This document shows, piece after piece, positions 46,286 through 58,934 of a DNA stretch of 64,000 bases (the stretch's first letter is position 1; every line of letters begins with the position of its first letter). The notes beneath the pieces are model-generated. The model did no database searches. It worked only from the letters and a program-made list of their open reading frames with translations, and was not told the DNA's origin. The position numbers and the translations under genes are program-made. The stretch is from Mobula birostris (lineage: Eukaryota). The stretch is taken from the NCBI RefSeq assembly GCF_030028105.1, contig NC_092395.1, forward strand, positions 43,242,459 to 43,306,458. Reading direction: 5' to 3'.

Positions 46286-48640
46286 AATATGTGCCCCTTA
46301 TTGAAATTTATCATTTATTAAATTATTATGGAATGTAACATAGTGTTGCTGCAAGACGTATGCCAGTGATATTAAATATGATTCTGATTCTGAAACATTC
46401 CCCTTATAGAAAGTACTGCCACAAAATGTTTAACATGGAAACTTGCTGTAAATATAAGTAAACACTTCAGTTATTGTTTAGACAATATTACTGCTTGTTT
46501 CCAGTGTTTCATCCAGAAATGATCCTACTTCACTCTATAGAGTCTGATATTTCAGGAGTACAACAGCACTAATACAATCCGACAGTTTGTTATCAACGGA
46601 CTGTAGAATTTTCAGACCCGAGATTCTAGTCATTGATAAAACTTAACCAAGATTATCTGATCCTTGGAATGAAAATACTACTTTGAAAGCCAGCTGCACT
46701 CATTTCAATATAAAAAGTTTGACTGGGTGAGGCAAGGCTGCTGCGAGTTTGTCCTGTAGCAGTTTACACTATGAATGGAGGAGGCCTGGAATGTAACACA
46801 GTGAGAAAGTATTCCATGGGAAATTGGATATTATTGTTAATGTGGGAGAAACAATCTATTTTCAAGAACAATTCTATAAATAAAAATTGCTTCACAATAA
46901 AAAAAAACAGCTTTGGTGCAGTTTAGAGCAGCTGCTGCCTGGGTATGAAAACAACAAACATCTGTGGTCACAGCAGGATATGAGCTGTTATTTTAAGGAG
47001 AGGGACAGCCCAGAATGCTTACATTTGCCATTTCTACCAAATATCACAGTTTCTGTTCTACCTGATATTATTTTAAGTATCTGTGAAGCACTTGACCTTT
47101 AAAGAGACATTATCTCCGGTTCTCCCCTTGAGTAATGGCAGTGAAAACAAGAATTCCTTCAGAAATTGTGCCATGTTGGTTGTCAGATTAACTCCACTCA
47201 TCAGATTTATTCACTGAATTCCAGGGGAAGAAAATGTTAGCGAGGTCGATAGTTTAACTGTGCGACGGTCAGTTAACCCCCATTATAGAAATGAAGAGAG
47301 TTGTAGAATATGGCTTCCATTAACTGCTCTCCACTTTCCAACAACCTATTGATCACATCTACCAGAACGATCATTGACAGAAGAATCTTCCATATGTGGA
47401 TTGGTGAGGTTGAGGTCAAGTATGTTTCTCTCTGCTGTTGCTCATTCATTGCCTGCTGCAGGCTCTCACTCGAAGCTCTGTCCTTCAGGACTTGACCAAC
47501 TCAGTCTGCGTTCGTGGAACCCAACCACTCTTGGTGACCACCATAGAAGTCCCAGTAAATATTCTGTGTTCTTGCTTCTATTAGTACTTATTCTGTGTTG
47601 CTCAACATAGGGAACATCGATTCATCCATGGAGGGAGGCCAGGAGATAGTAATCAGGAGGAGGTCTCCGTGTCCATGTTTCTCTTGATGTTATGAGACTT
47701 CAGTGTGTCTTGATTCAATGCTCAAGGCACTGAGGGCTCCTCTGCCCTGCTGGTACACAACTGTGCCCCCACCTCTAAAGAGTAGTTTAGGACAAGACAC
47801 ACCCTGGATGGTGAGTTTGAAATTGCCATTTTGTCTCTCCTGCTCCTGTGTATTTCTGGAGCCACGCTTTGCACAATGTAATGTCAAGCAACCCAGAACC
47901 AGGACATCTCTGCAGGATGATGGACTTCCAGCATCTGCAGCATCTCTTGGGCTGATCATCATTGCAGAAGTTCCTCTGGGAAGTATACTCATCCCAACTG
48001 CTTCATCAGTGACCTTCCTCCCATCATAAAGTCAGCAGTGGGGTGTTGACAGACATTTGCAGAATGTTCAGTTCCACTTGTAAATCCTCAGCTAATGCTT
48101 CAGTCCCAGCCTGTATACCATCCAGACGTCGATAACATTCAGTCATGGGCTGATTAGTGACAACTGATATTTGCACCCATAGTGTCAGGCAATGACTATC
48201 TCCAAGAACAGAGAATCTAACTCCTTAGGATTGACATTCAATAACATTAACATTGATAGATCCTCTACCATAAATATCCCAAGAGTTCACGTTGACTGGA
48301 AAATTATGTGGACTATTGAAATAAATACCATTGTCCCAGGATTGGCTCAAAGGCTGGATATTCTGTAGTGGGTAACTCACCTCTTGCCATCACAAGATAT
48401 TTACATTTTTTTATATTCAGTAGGTAGAGGTTTGATGGAATATTTTCCACTTACTTGGATGAGTGCAATCCCAACGATTCTCAAGAAACTCTGCATCACC
48501 CTGTATGACTAGTGACTAGTACCTCCAAAATTAACTGAAGTATTCATTCCCTCCACCTCTTCCCAGAGTAGCAGAGTAGCAGTACAAGGTGTACCTCAGT
48601 TATTCACTCACCTCTCAAACACCAGCTAGACCACTGAGAG

Positions 48641-50853
48641 CAGTGTTTTGCAATCACTTTTAGCCCAACGCCCCCCTTTAAGCATCTTCATACTTGCCAA
48701 CACTGCTCTTAGGCACAATGTACTTTCTGGCACCCCCATGGTTTAAAAACATGTCTATCATATGCTGACATGGGAAAATCGATTCTGCTTTAAATTCTTA
48801 TTTTTCTTGAAACCTAGCTTACACAGTACCTGTACATTGTACAGCAGCTTTGATATCAATGAGATCCTTGAGCTTGATGGTTTTTAGCAAGAGTTGAAAT
48901 ATCTGTTTCAAGTTGTGACAGCAAAAGCTTCACATCCCCACATGTAACAACGTCCAAGCAGTTTCAGTTTTCTTTTTGTGAGTATGTGGTTCACTGCACT
49001 GAAACCACTTTCAACAAGGTAGAAGCATGGAGGTGCAATGAAGAGCAGTCCGGTTCTTTTCCAAAGACCAGGGAACTTCGTATGACAGTGTAGCCACATA
49101 TAACAAAAGCCAACATTTAAAAAAAAATATTTTTGCTTCTTCATCATTCTGAATTTTGTTCATTTCTTTTTGCAAGCTCTCTTCCTGTTCATCCACCTTG
49201 CAAAGAAATGGGTTAATGACCCAGTCGGGAATTTAAAGATTGTTCAAATCCTTGAATCGATTCTGAAAATCCTTCTTCAGTGACTGCAGGTATAAGCAGT
49301 ACTCTTTTGAATCATTGTCTGTGAAAGAGAGTGCCATACTATCCATGCAGGGAAATTGTGTAAATGTTCTTCTTCCAGTGTTTTGCTTACATGTATATTT
49401 CCAATTTTCTGATAAAAGTAGCTCAGTACTTTTTGCCTGGATTAAATTAACATTCTCGCTCTGCAGTTTGCAGTTTCATATTTGGAATGCTCATTTTGTC
49501 ATACAGATTGCCTAGGTATGCCACATCTCCATGTAGAAGTTTAATCTTGTTTCCTAAGTTCTTGTCAACTTTGAGCAAAAATTCGACCACAGTGTCAAAA
49601 AGGTTGAAGAAACATTTTAAGCAGCAGCCTTTTGACAGCCATCTGTCATATATGGTGCTCCATCTGTTGCACAAGAAATCATGGTCCTAATCAGAATACT
49701 TTTATCCTCAATATACATTTTGATCTCATCTTAGATTGATTTTCTGTTGTTTTTTGTTTTTATCTTTTCACAATAGAGAATCTCTTCATAAACCTTTCCA
49801 TTTTTGATAGACCATAAATATTCCATTAGCAATGCCTCCTTGTTTTGCGCAGTTGGCTCATCCAGTTGTATCCCAAATTCAGTTTCTTATAGCACTGTGC
49901 ATAGTCGATATCAATGTCTTCACTCATTTCGTCAACACAACTAGCTACAGAATTATTACTCAGAGGAACAGATTTTAAAATACTGCTGTCTGTTTTGAGA
50001 TCAGTGGTGAGCACTTCTGATACAGCAGGCATTATTAAATTTCCACTAATAGGATGAGATTTTTCACATTTTGCTATCATTTTAGAAATACTGGAAGAAG
50101 CCACGAGACCACTATCAAGGTCATCTTTAAATTTCCTAACAGGTGACTCCAGTCAAACACTTCTTTCACTTTGTGGAACTGGGTAATTCCATAATTAGCT
50201 TTTTCATGGCGTCGTTTATGGAAGTTTTCCTGCAAACTCGATAGTTTCATGGCTTCATTAGATACCACAGTATTACAAATAGACGCATGAAGCATTGCTG
50301 ATCTGATGGGAATGGAATTAAACCAGACTCCAGGTATGTAACATTGCATTGTTGCACTTTCTGTTGTTTCCGTTTCTTAGCAGGATTAGAATTGAAGGCT
50401 TCATTGCCTTCAGACTTGTAGAGATCATGTGGTACATATTTATCCATCATAAATGGGGCTAAATTAAAATAAAAAATTAACACAAGCTGGGAATGCCTCT
50501 CGCATGTTGATGATGGCAGTGAGTTGGCATGGGTAGAATGATGGTAGTCGCACACAAAGGAGTGAAGGGGTGAAGATGAAGATGATCGGAAAAGTGAAAA
50601 TTACATTAACAAGGAATCAGATTAGAATCTGAATGGTAGGCAGGATGGAGGTAGTGTTGGCAAGCAACTATACTATTCAAGTTAGCGCAATTGACCAATC
50701 ACATAAGGTCTCATAATTACAGTGCCATGAAAGGGTGCCACTTACCACTGCCCCCCTCTCCCGCCCCCCAAGGATCTTGAATGCATCCCAATATACTTCT
50801 TTTTCTCCCAATGCCCCCTTAGGACACATAACTGCCCTCATTGGGAGTCACTG
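48641..50853 (-). mobile_element. hAT DNA transposon (Buster/Charlie-like), decayed transposase
   Basis: Termini CAGTGTTTTGCAA and reverse-complement CAGTGACTCCCAA. Flanks ACTGAGAG and GTTTAGAG (5/8 identical). Motifs VPLSNNSVASCVDEMSED and YLVESGFSAVN. Confidence 0.82.
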
Positions 50854-51289
50854 GTTTAGAGGAACAAGTAGATGCAGACAAGCACCACCAGCTGCTATAG
50901 CTCCTCCAACTTGCAAACCATCAAGACCTGGAAACGCATCACTGGTCTACCACTGAAGTTCAGGTATATTCTCTCTGACATCACTGTCAGAATACCTTCC
51001 CCAGTTCAGCAGCAGTGTGACAGTACAGTTCACCACCATCGTTCACAGGATGAGCAGAGGATACTGGGCCTGCCAGTGATGCCCAGATTCTAGCAATGAA
51101 TTTTTAAAATTGAGAAATCAATGTCCCCCCTTCGTACATTTACTAAATCACAGTTTAATTCGGTTATAGATATTAGTCATAAGAGCCAGATTCTTGCAGA
51201 TTGGTTAGTATGCAAAAATGGAAGGAGGCAGATTTTAAGATCAGACGTCTTCTTTCCCCCAACTGATGAGATCAAAAGTTCAACCACTT

Positions 51290-52460
51290 CCTGAATTGGA
51301 TTTTGAACAGGAATTGGTTTACTATTGTCACATGCACTGAGGTACCATTGCACAGCACATTGAAGTAGTGCAAGGAGATACAATAATGGAATGCACAGTA
51401 AAGTGTAGCAACCATAGAGAAAATGCAGAATAGGTAGACAATAAGTGCAAGATCAGAATGAGGTGGATTGCAAGGTCAGGAATCTATCTTATCGTACTAG
51501 AAAATCATTCAATAGTCTTATAACAGCAAGTAGAAGATATTCTTGAGCCTGCTGACACATGCTTTCAAACTTTTTCTGATTAGCCTGATGAGAAAGGAGT
51601 TAAGAGGTAATGTCCAGGGTGGAAAGGGTCTTTTATTATCCTGGTTGCTTTAATGAGGCAGCAAGAAATATAGACAGAGTCTATGGAGCAGAGGATGGTT
51701 TTCTTGCTGTGCTGAGATGTATGCACAACTGTCTCAGTACCATTGATATGGACAGGATCATACGCCAATGATCTCGTCAATTCCTGAAGTAACTGACCAG
51801 ATCATTTGCTTGGTTGACATTGAGGGCAATGTTGTTGTCATGACACCATGTTACTGAGCTCTCTGTCTTCTTCCTGTATTCCGGATCATTGTTCTTTGAG
51901 TTATCGACCACGAATGTGTTGGAGCAAAGTTGGGCTGTGCAGAATTGCGTGCAGATGAAGATCATCTCCAGGTTGAATATGGCATATATATTTTGATAAA
52001 TAATTTACTTTGAACTTTGACTGTTCAGGGAGTAGAGTAGTGGCTGACTACAAAATCTTGTGGACACCAGTGTGGAAAATACTCTTGGCAGTGGTAGTGC
52101 TGCCTAGCTTTACTGATTGGGATCTCTTGGTCAGGAAGTCAAACTTCCTGTTGCAAAAGGAGGTCTTGGATCTTTGAGATGAACTTGCCTGGGATGACAA
52201 TATTGAAGCCGGGGCTGTAGCCAATAAACAATGGACTAACATAGGTGTCTTTACTGTCCAGATGCTGCAGAGAAGGCTGTAGAGTCAGGGAGATGAGTCC
52301 ACCACAGATGAATTGCAGTGGGCTGAGGTTGACTGGGATGATGAAGTCATTGAGTGCCATGACCAGCCACTCAAAATGTTGAAGTCTGGATGACTGCCAT
52401 GTTGGAGAAAGGATCAGTGTGTGATGTGTCAGCCGAGGGACTTTGACACAGACCACAAAG
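51290..52460 (-). mobile_element. Degenerate Rex1-like LINE fragments
   Basis: WCHDNNIALNVNQANDLV and ATRIIKDPFHPGHYL. Confidence 0.7.
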
Positions 52461-53309
52461 CTTAAAGTGAGGCAAAGGCACTTGTTGATCTAAAGAAGTG
52501 GTGGGGTATTTTTATTGTGTGGCTCATCTGTGTTATTGAATCCACCAGCATTGAATTAGAGTGAGTAAAATGATATCTATTTAGAAAGTATTCTCCAGTC
52601 TGAATTGAACAAGTCCACCTTTCAATCAATAGGAATCGTGGTCTACAGCCAACGTTTGACAATACTATAGTGAACGATTTTGATATCAGGTCTGGTGCAG
52701 ATTTCTGTATTAAATGCAGAGCAGAAGCTTTTGCAGTATCATGTCGGCAGACAAAGTCAAGCAAAGTCTTTCATTCATTTTGGTGGTATTTGTTCTAAAT
52801 GGAGGATTAAAGAATAGAGTTTGTCCTATTATACACGACCAAGACCAAGAACCCCCAGGTGGACAATGATACTCCACAGGATTATATAATAAGTGTGGAT
52901 GTGATGAAGTGGCTGGACCATATTTCACAGGATTGACTCAAACTAGATACAGGTTCCAAAGTGTTCGTAACAAATCTTGACCATTCATTCATTTCCTTAG
53001 ACACTGCCTGACCTGCCGAGTTCCTCCAGCAATTTGTGAGTGTTGCACTGTAGGTGAGCATGTTCTCCTCTGAGATACCTGCTCATTATATCTGGGTGGT
53101 TGATCGAGACCTGTGCCCATTGTCAAGCAAAGTGAGTGAAATGTTTGGCTGGATCCACTACAGAAAGATTTCTGGAGCTCTGGAAGGAAAAGTCTGTCCG
53201 ACACAAGTAAAGAAGTACAGTGCATTGGGACTGGATTGGCAAGCAAGGAGCAAGCTGGAATTAATTGCTGTGACGAGTGGGTTGCCTTGTCCTGAGCAGA
53301 AAAACAAAT

Positions 53310-54820
53310 TATAAAAAAAGCAAGATGTTGGGGGAGTTCAGCAGGTAAGGCAACATCTGTGGAGGGAAATGGACAGTAGACAGTAGTGTGAGGAGGAGCA
53401 GGAGAAGGTGGTGGCGCGACGCAGCTTGTGCGGCCACTCCGGTGAATGATATCTGTAATCTGTCAAATAGTGTGCCGTGCACAATTCTGATTTGATGGAG
53501 ACAGACGTGAGGGAATGGAGGAACATCTGGAGATACTTATGAAATGCCTTTTTCGCTGCCGCTGCTACTGTGTGATCCAGAATCTCAGGAGGGGAAGGCC
53601 CCGAGTCCTCGGCTTTGCTTGCTGCTCGGCGGCCGAGACGGGGTTGAAGCGCTCAGCAGAGATGGTGCTTGGTACTCAGTGTCGAAGGGCTGGTCGGAGG
53701 CTCGAAGTTTTCGGACAGAGTCAGGGTTGGCTGGGATCAGGTGATTCCAATGCATCGACAGTTGTCAGTACCTGGAGGTTTATGGCGGAGAGAGTTTCTT
53801 CCATCTGCCGCCTGCTATCAGGGAGTATCGGGAGTCGATCGGAACTTTGAGACTTTTTTTTACCGTTCCGATGTCCTGTTCTTTATCAAATTATGGTATT
53901 GCTTTGCACTGCTGTAACTATATGTTATAATTATGTAGTCTTATTAGTGTTAGTCTTTGGTTTGTCCTGTTTTTTCTGTGATATCACTCTGGAGGAGCAT
54001 TGTATCATTTCTTAATGCATGCATGCATTTCTAAATGACAATAAATGAGGACTGACAGTACTCATAATCTAAAAAAAAAGACGTATTGAGTTGGGTCCTA
54101 TCATCCAGACTGAATGACAAGAGGGCAGATATCCAGTATAAAATGTTGGAACTAGAGGTGGCAAGTGAGAAATGGATCAATGTGAAGGGTGGGGGGTGAC
54201 ATAGATGGAGAAAGGGAAGGTGGAAATGATGACAAAATTGGAGGTGATAGATGGAGAAAACAAGGGCTGAAGATGATTGAATCTAATAGGACAGGAAGTT
54301 GGGTGATGGAATCAAGTGAGGAAGATGGGGAGGGCAGATGGGAATGGTGAGGGAGGGGAAATGTAGTGGAACAAGTGTATGGGTCATGGGGAGATGTTGT
54401 AGGTAGAGTAAGGGACATAAATTGAGTTTTAGAAGATAGGGAGAGCTTAGAAATAATGGGTAGACCAGGAGAAGAAGAAAAAGGAAGAGAGGAGAAACAG
54501 TTGACTTGAAATTAGAGAATTCATTCTTCTCATGTCATTAGGCTGTAGTCTACCCAGGTGGCATAGAAGGTGATGATCCTCTAATTTGTGTTTAGCTTTG
54601 TCAGGGAAGAGGACAAGACTGAGTACAGACATGTCAGTGTAGGAACAGGCTTGAAAATTAAATGGATAACAACTGGGTGCTCTAGGTAGTCATGGCAGAC
54701 AGAACACAGATGCTCAGCGAAGTGGTCACCCAGTTTGTGCCTTGTCTCACCAATGCAGGAGTGGACGCGTTAGGAAAACCAGATGCAATAATCTAGGCTG
54801 GAGGCTTTGCATGTGATTTT
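53310..54820 (-). mobile_element. Penelope-like element 3' part (GIY-YIG endonuclease plus pLTR), interrupted
   Basis: CIGETRHKLGDHFAEHL and KHKLEDHHLLCHLGRLQPND, a pyrimidine-rich spacer, a decayed hammerhead at about 54080-54113, and the pLTR arm resuming at 53381-53320. Confidence 0.85.
53382..54078 (+). mobile_element. ~700-bp non-autonomous retroelement, copy 3
   Basis: Head GGAGAAGGTGGTGGCGCGACGCAGC, tail GACAATAAA...CTCATAATCT(A)n, apparent TSD AGAC. Confidence 0.8.
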
Positions 54821-55529
54821 GCATTTGCATCTCTCACCAGGAACCAGACATCTGACTTTGAAAGCTAACCCCATCAGCAAGTCTATCAATGCTCTCTTAG
54901 CTCCCCGCTTTCTCAATATTTATTTTCCAAGAAAAAAATCACCAAATTTTCCGTATGATAAGATCAAAGTTTTAGGACAGAAAATCTGTGAACAAATGAA
55001 AATATGATTCAGCAAATTATCAACTTAGGTCTATGCAGATTTCTTGAATATTTAAAATACATTCTTGGGATTTGGGCATCACTGTCAAGGTCAATATCAA
55101 TTACCCATCCCTCATGGAGTGGTGGTGAACCATGGACTGGACTCACTGCCAACCTTCTGAGAAGTTGCTCTCACAGTGACATTGGGGAGGGTGTTCCAGC
55201 AGGTCAGTTGAAAGACTGGCGATACATTCAGGCCAGGATGCCAGTTTGAGAGGGGGTCTGAGGAACTGGTAATCTTCTACATCGCCTGCACTTCTCCTTC
55301 CTGGTGACCTTGGCCACTGTTTGGGAGGTACAGTCAGAGATGCTGAATATATAACTTGAGATTTTCCGCCCTGCAGCCACTGTGGGCAGTGGTGGAATGA
55401 GTGAATGTCTTGAGGAGTTATTCCGGGAAGTATGATCAAGAGGGCTACTGTGTCGAGGATTACAATGAGCTTCTCTTGAGTTATTGGGACTGTTATCAAA
55501 CCAGTCAGTGGAGAGTACTTAAGGTTTAG

Positions 55530-56820
55530 ATATTATAAGACCATAGATATTGGAACTGATTTAGGCCATTCGGCCCATTAAGTCTGCTCCGCCATTTCAT
55601 CATGGCTGATCCGTTATCCCTCTCAGCCCCAATCTCCTGCCTTCTCTCATATCCCGTCATGTCCTGACTATACAAGAATCTATTAATCTCTGCCTCAAAA
55701 TATACCCAATGACTTGGCCTCTACAGCCACCTGTGGCAACGAATTCCACAGATTCACCACTCTGTAGCTACAAGTTCCTCCTCATGTGCATTCTAACAGA
55801 GTGCTCCTATATTCTGAGGATGTGTCCCCGGTCTTAGGCCCTCCATCATGGGAAACATCCTCTCCTCATCCACTCTATTAAACCCTTTCAACATCTGATA
55901 GGTTTCAAAGAGGTCAACCCACATTCTTTTGAATTCCTGTGAGTACAGGCCCAGAGCCATCAAACGCTCTTCATATCACACATTTTTCAATCCCAGAATC
56001 CTTCCTAGTTTCAGCACAGCCTTTCTTAGAAAAGGGGCACAAAACTGCTGACAATTCTCCAAGTGAGGCCTTACCAGTGCTTTATAAAGCCTCAACATTA
56101 CATCCTTGCTTTTATATTCTCATCCTCTTGAAATGAATGCTAACATCATATTAGCGTTCTTCACCATTAACTCAACCTGCAAATTAACCTTCAGGAAATC
56201 CTGCACAAGGCATCCCAAGTCCCTTTGCATCTCATATTTTTGCATTTTCTCTCCATTTATAAAAATAGTCTGTCCTTTTATTTCCTCTGACAAAGTGCAT
56301 GATCATACACTTCCCAAAACTGTATCCCATCTGCCACTTCTTTGCCCATCCTCCTAACCTGCCTAAGACTTTCTGTTGCCCCTCTACTTCCTCAAACCAA
56401 CCTGCCCCTCAACCTATCATTGTATTGTCCATAAACCCTGCCACAAAGCCAACAATTCTGTCATCCAAGTTATTGTTGTATAACAGAAAAGAAGCAGTGC
56501 CAACACACCCCCTGTAGAGCACACATCGTCACTGGCAGCCAACCAGAAATGGCCTTACTTTATTCCCACTTTTTGCCTGCTGCCAATCAGCCACTGCTTT
56601 ATCCATGCTGGTATCATTCCTGTAATACCATGGAGTCTGAACTTGTTAAGCAGCCTCACGCGCGCACCTTGTTGAATGCCTTCCAAAAATCCAAATACAC
56701 AACCTCCACTGATTCTCCGTTGTCTATCCTGATTGTTATTTCTTCAAAGAGTTCCAGCAGAATTGTCACACAAGATTTTCCTTTGAGGAAACCGTGCTCA
56801 CTATGGACCATTTGATCACA
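55530..56820 (-). mobile_element. CR1 3' fragment
   Basis: Antisense CR1 RT C-terminus and 3' UTR of the same type as 7600-8716. Confidence 0.8.
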
Positions 56821-58079
56821 TTATGTCTGGATGTGTTGTGTGGATTGTGGAAAGATTGAGAGTTATGAGAATGCAAGCCACCCACCACCATACAACAACC
56901 TTTGACCTAACATTGGGTCTAAGCTATTTATCTGGCTGGACCATTTGAGCTTTTGGACAATGTTAAACCTCAGGATATTGATGGTGGAGGATTCAGCAAT
57001 GTTACTGTCATTAAATGTCAAGGCTCTGTGGTGAGATTCTGTGTTCCTGGAGATTGTCATTGCCTGACACAATAGATTGCAAATATCTCTTGTCACTTAT
57101 CAGCATATTACTGAATGTTGTCAAGGACTAGGTGGCCTACAGGCTGGGTCTGCAGCATTAGCCGAGGGGTTAAAAGTGAAATTGGCCATTCTGCTGCTAA
57201 GTTGGCAGAGTCCTGAAGCACAGAGCTTGCAGACTGACCCTGTGGCAGGTAGAGAGTGAACAATAGCAGGGAGAAACATATTTGACATCAGTCTCACCAA
57301 TCCACCTACTCAGATGGCTCTGTCTATGATTGCATGGGTAGAAGTGGCCTTTGGAACATCCTCAAGGGGACCAATCCCATTTCTACAGCAAGGACTCCTT
57401 CTGTTGTATGATGTTGTCTGGCATAACAGACATGTTACAGAGAATAAATCCAGAACAGCTGACAGCTCAGTACTGGGCATCTCTGAGGCTCTCTGGACTA
57501 TCAGCATCAGCAGAATTGTCCACCACCATAAGCTGTAACCTCACAGTCCAGCATATCCCTGAACCTCCTTCACTGTCAAGCCAGGGCATCTACTCCAGTT
57601 GAATGATGAGCACAGCAGCGGTTCTGGGAGCAGCACCAGCCAAACCCAACACTGATGCGGTCTCGGCATGGAGAAAACACAGCACCACTTCATTTCTCTG
57701 TTCTTTTCATTGCAATAGAAAGGGAAACAGGCTCAGGAAATGTAATGGGAGTGAATTCACCATCACCCAATTAAACCCATCAGCTCTGATTAACATTTCC
57801 TTCCAAACTCAGTGAATAAACCTGAAAGGTAAAGTTACTCAGACAACCAACATGACAGAATTTCTGAAGTAATTCTTGTTCTGAATGTCACAATTCAAGG
57901 ATAGCATCAGAGATAATGTCCCTTTAAACAGCCAGTGCCTGATCGATTCTTAAAATAAAAAAGGGTAGAACAGAAACTATGATATTTGGGTATTGTCATA
58001 TAAAAGGCAGATAGTAACGTCTTGGCTATGTTCGGGCCAGCCCCTCACCTTAAAATAACAGCTCATTTCCTGCTGGGAC

Positions 58080-58930
58080 TGTAGATGATTTTTTTTATGG
58101 TTAATTCAGGTTAGGTTTAAATCAGTGGTTGCTAGGCGGTGCGATGTGAAGGTCTGAGAGGGCCAATTCCATGTGGTATGTCTAAATAAACAAAAATACA
58201 TAGACCTTGCAGACAGGTGTGTGAGATGAACCTAGCAGAGATTGATTAACTTCACACGACACTGGCCTGCCAGGGATCGACAGTTGGATGGCATGAGCAG
58301 CTTCTTCAGCAAATACGTGTGTCATCATTTTAGAAGGACTCTGGTTTTGTGCACACTGTTATATAACAGAAAATGTGTGTTCTGTGGGTCTTGCTACGTG
58401 TTTGCAGAAGTTCCATGGAGAGTCAATGAACCTGCCGGCTGAGGAGCAATACAATAGGGACCCTGATTCTTACTGTGGGCTCTTAAATCAATGCTCCCAT
58501 GTCTTTGAATTACAACCTGAAAGGTTCTTTCAGACAGGAGTAAAGAGGCCGAGATAATTTCCCTCCTCTCGGCCAGGCCCTTTCATGGGCAATAGCTTTA
58601 TGGCAGAAAGGTGCTCCTGTGTGTTATGATATAACTTTCTTTCTTAGAGTCGGTGGGGGGGCATTTTTTCAACCTGCCGGGGGCTCAGAGACACCCAATT
58701 GACTCCTCCAGCTGCATCAGGGTGTGTGATCCATGGCCGACTATTCCATTGATTTCTGTATCCTAGTGACAGAGAGTGGTTTGGACAATGAGAATTTGAT
58801 TGTTCTATTCAGACAGAGATTAAATGACCAGCATTAAGATGTCCTTGCAACCAGGGATCAGGTCGAGTATTTGGAGGAATTTATGGACATGACCATGAGG
58901 ATTGACAACCATATTTCTGGAAGAAGAAAG
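58080..58930 (+). mobile_element. V-SINE plus remnant LTR and gag (copy C of the 5.0/15.0 kb block)
   Basis: Same SINE-to-LTR junction (GTGTG..GATGAACC), with most of the LTR deleted. Gag GTTCCATGGAGAGTCAAT...GGAGCAATACAATAGGGA. Confidence 0.75.
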
Positions 58931-58934
58931 GTGT

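Noticed and set aside
48908-50555. Domesticated ZBED5/SCAND3/GTF2IRD2-like gene
   Set aside because: Fragmented by stops and frameshifts and still bounded by TIRs and a TSD.
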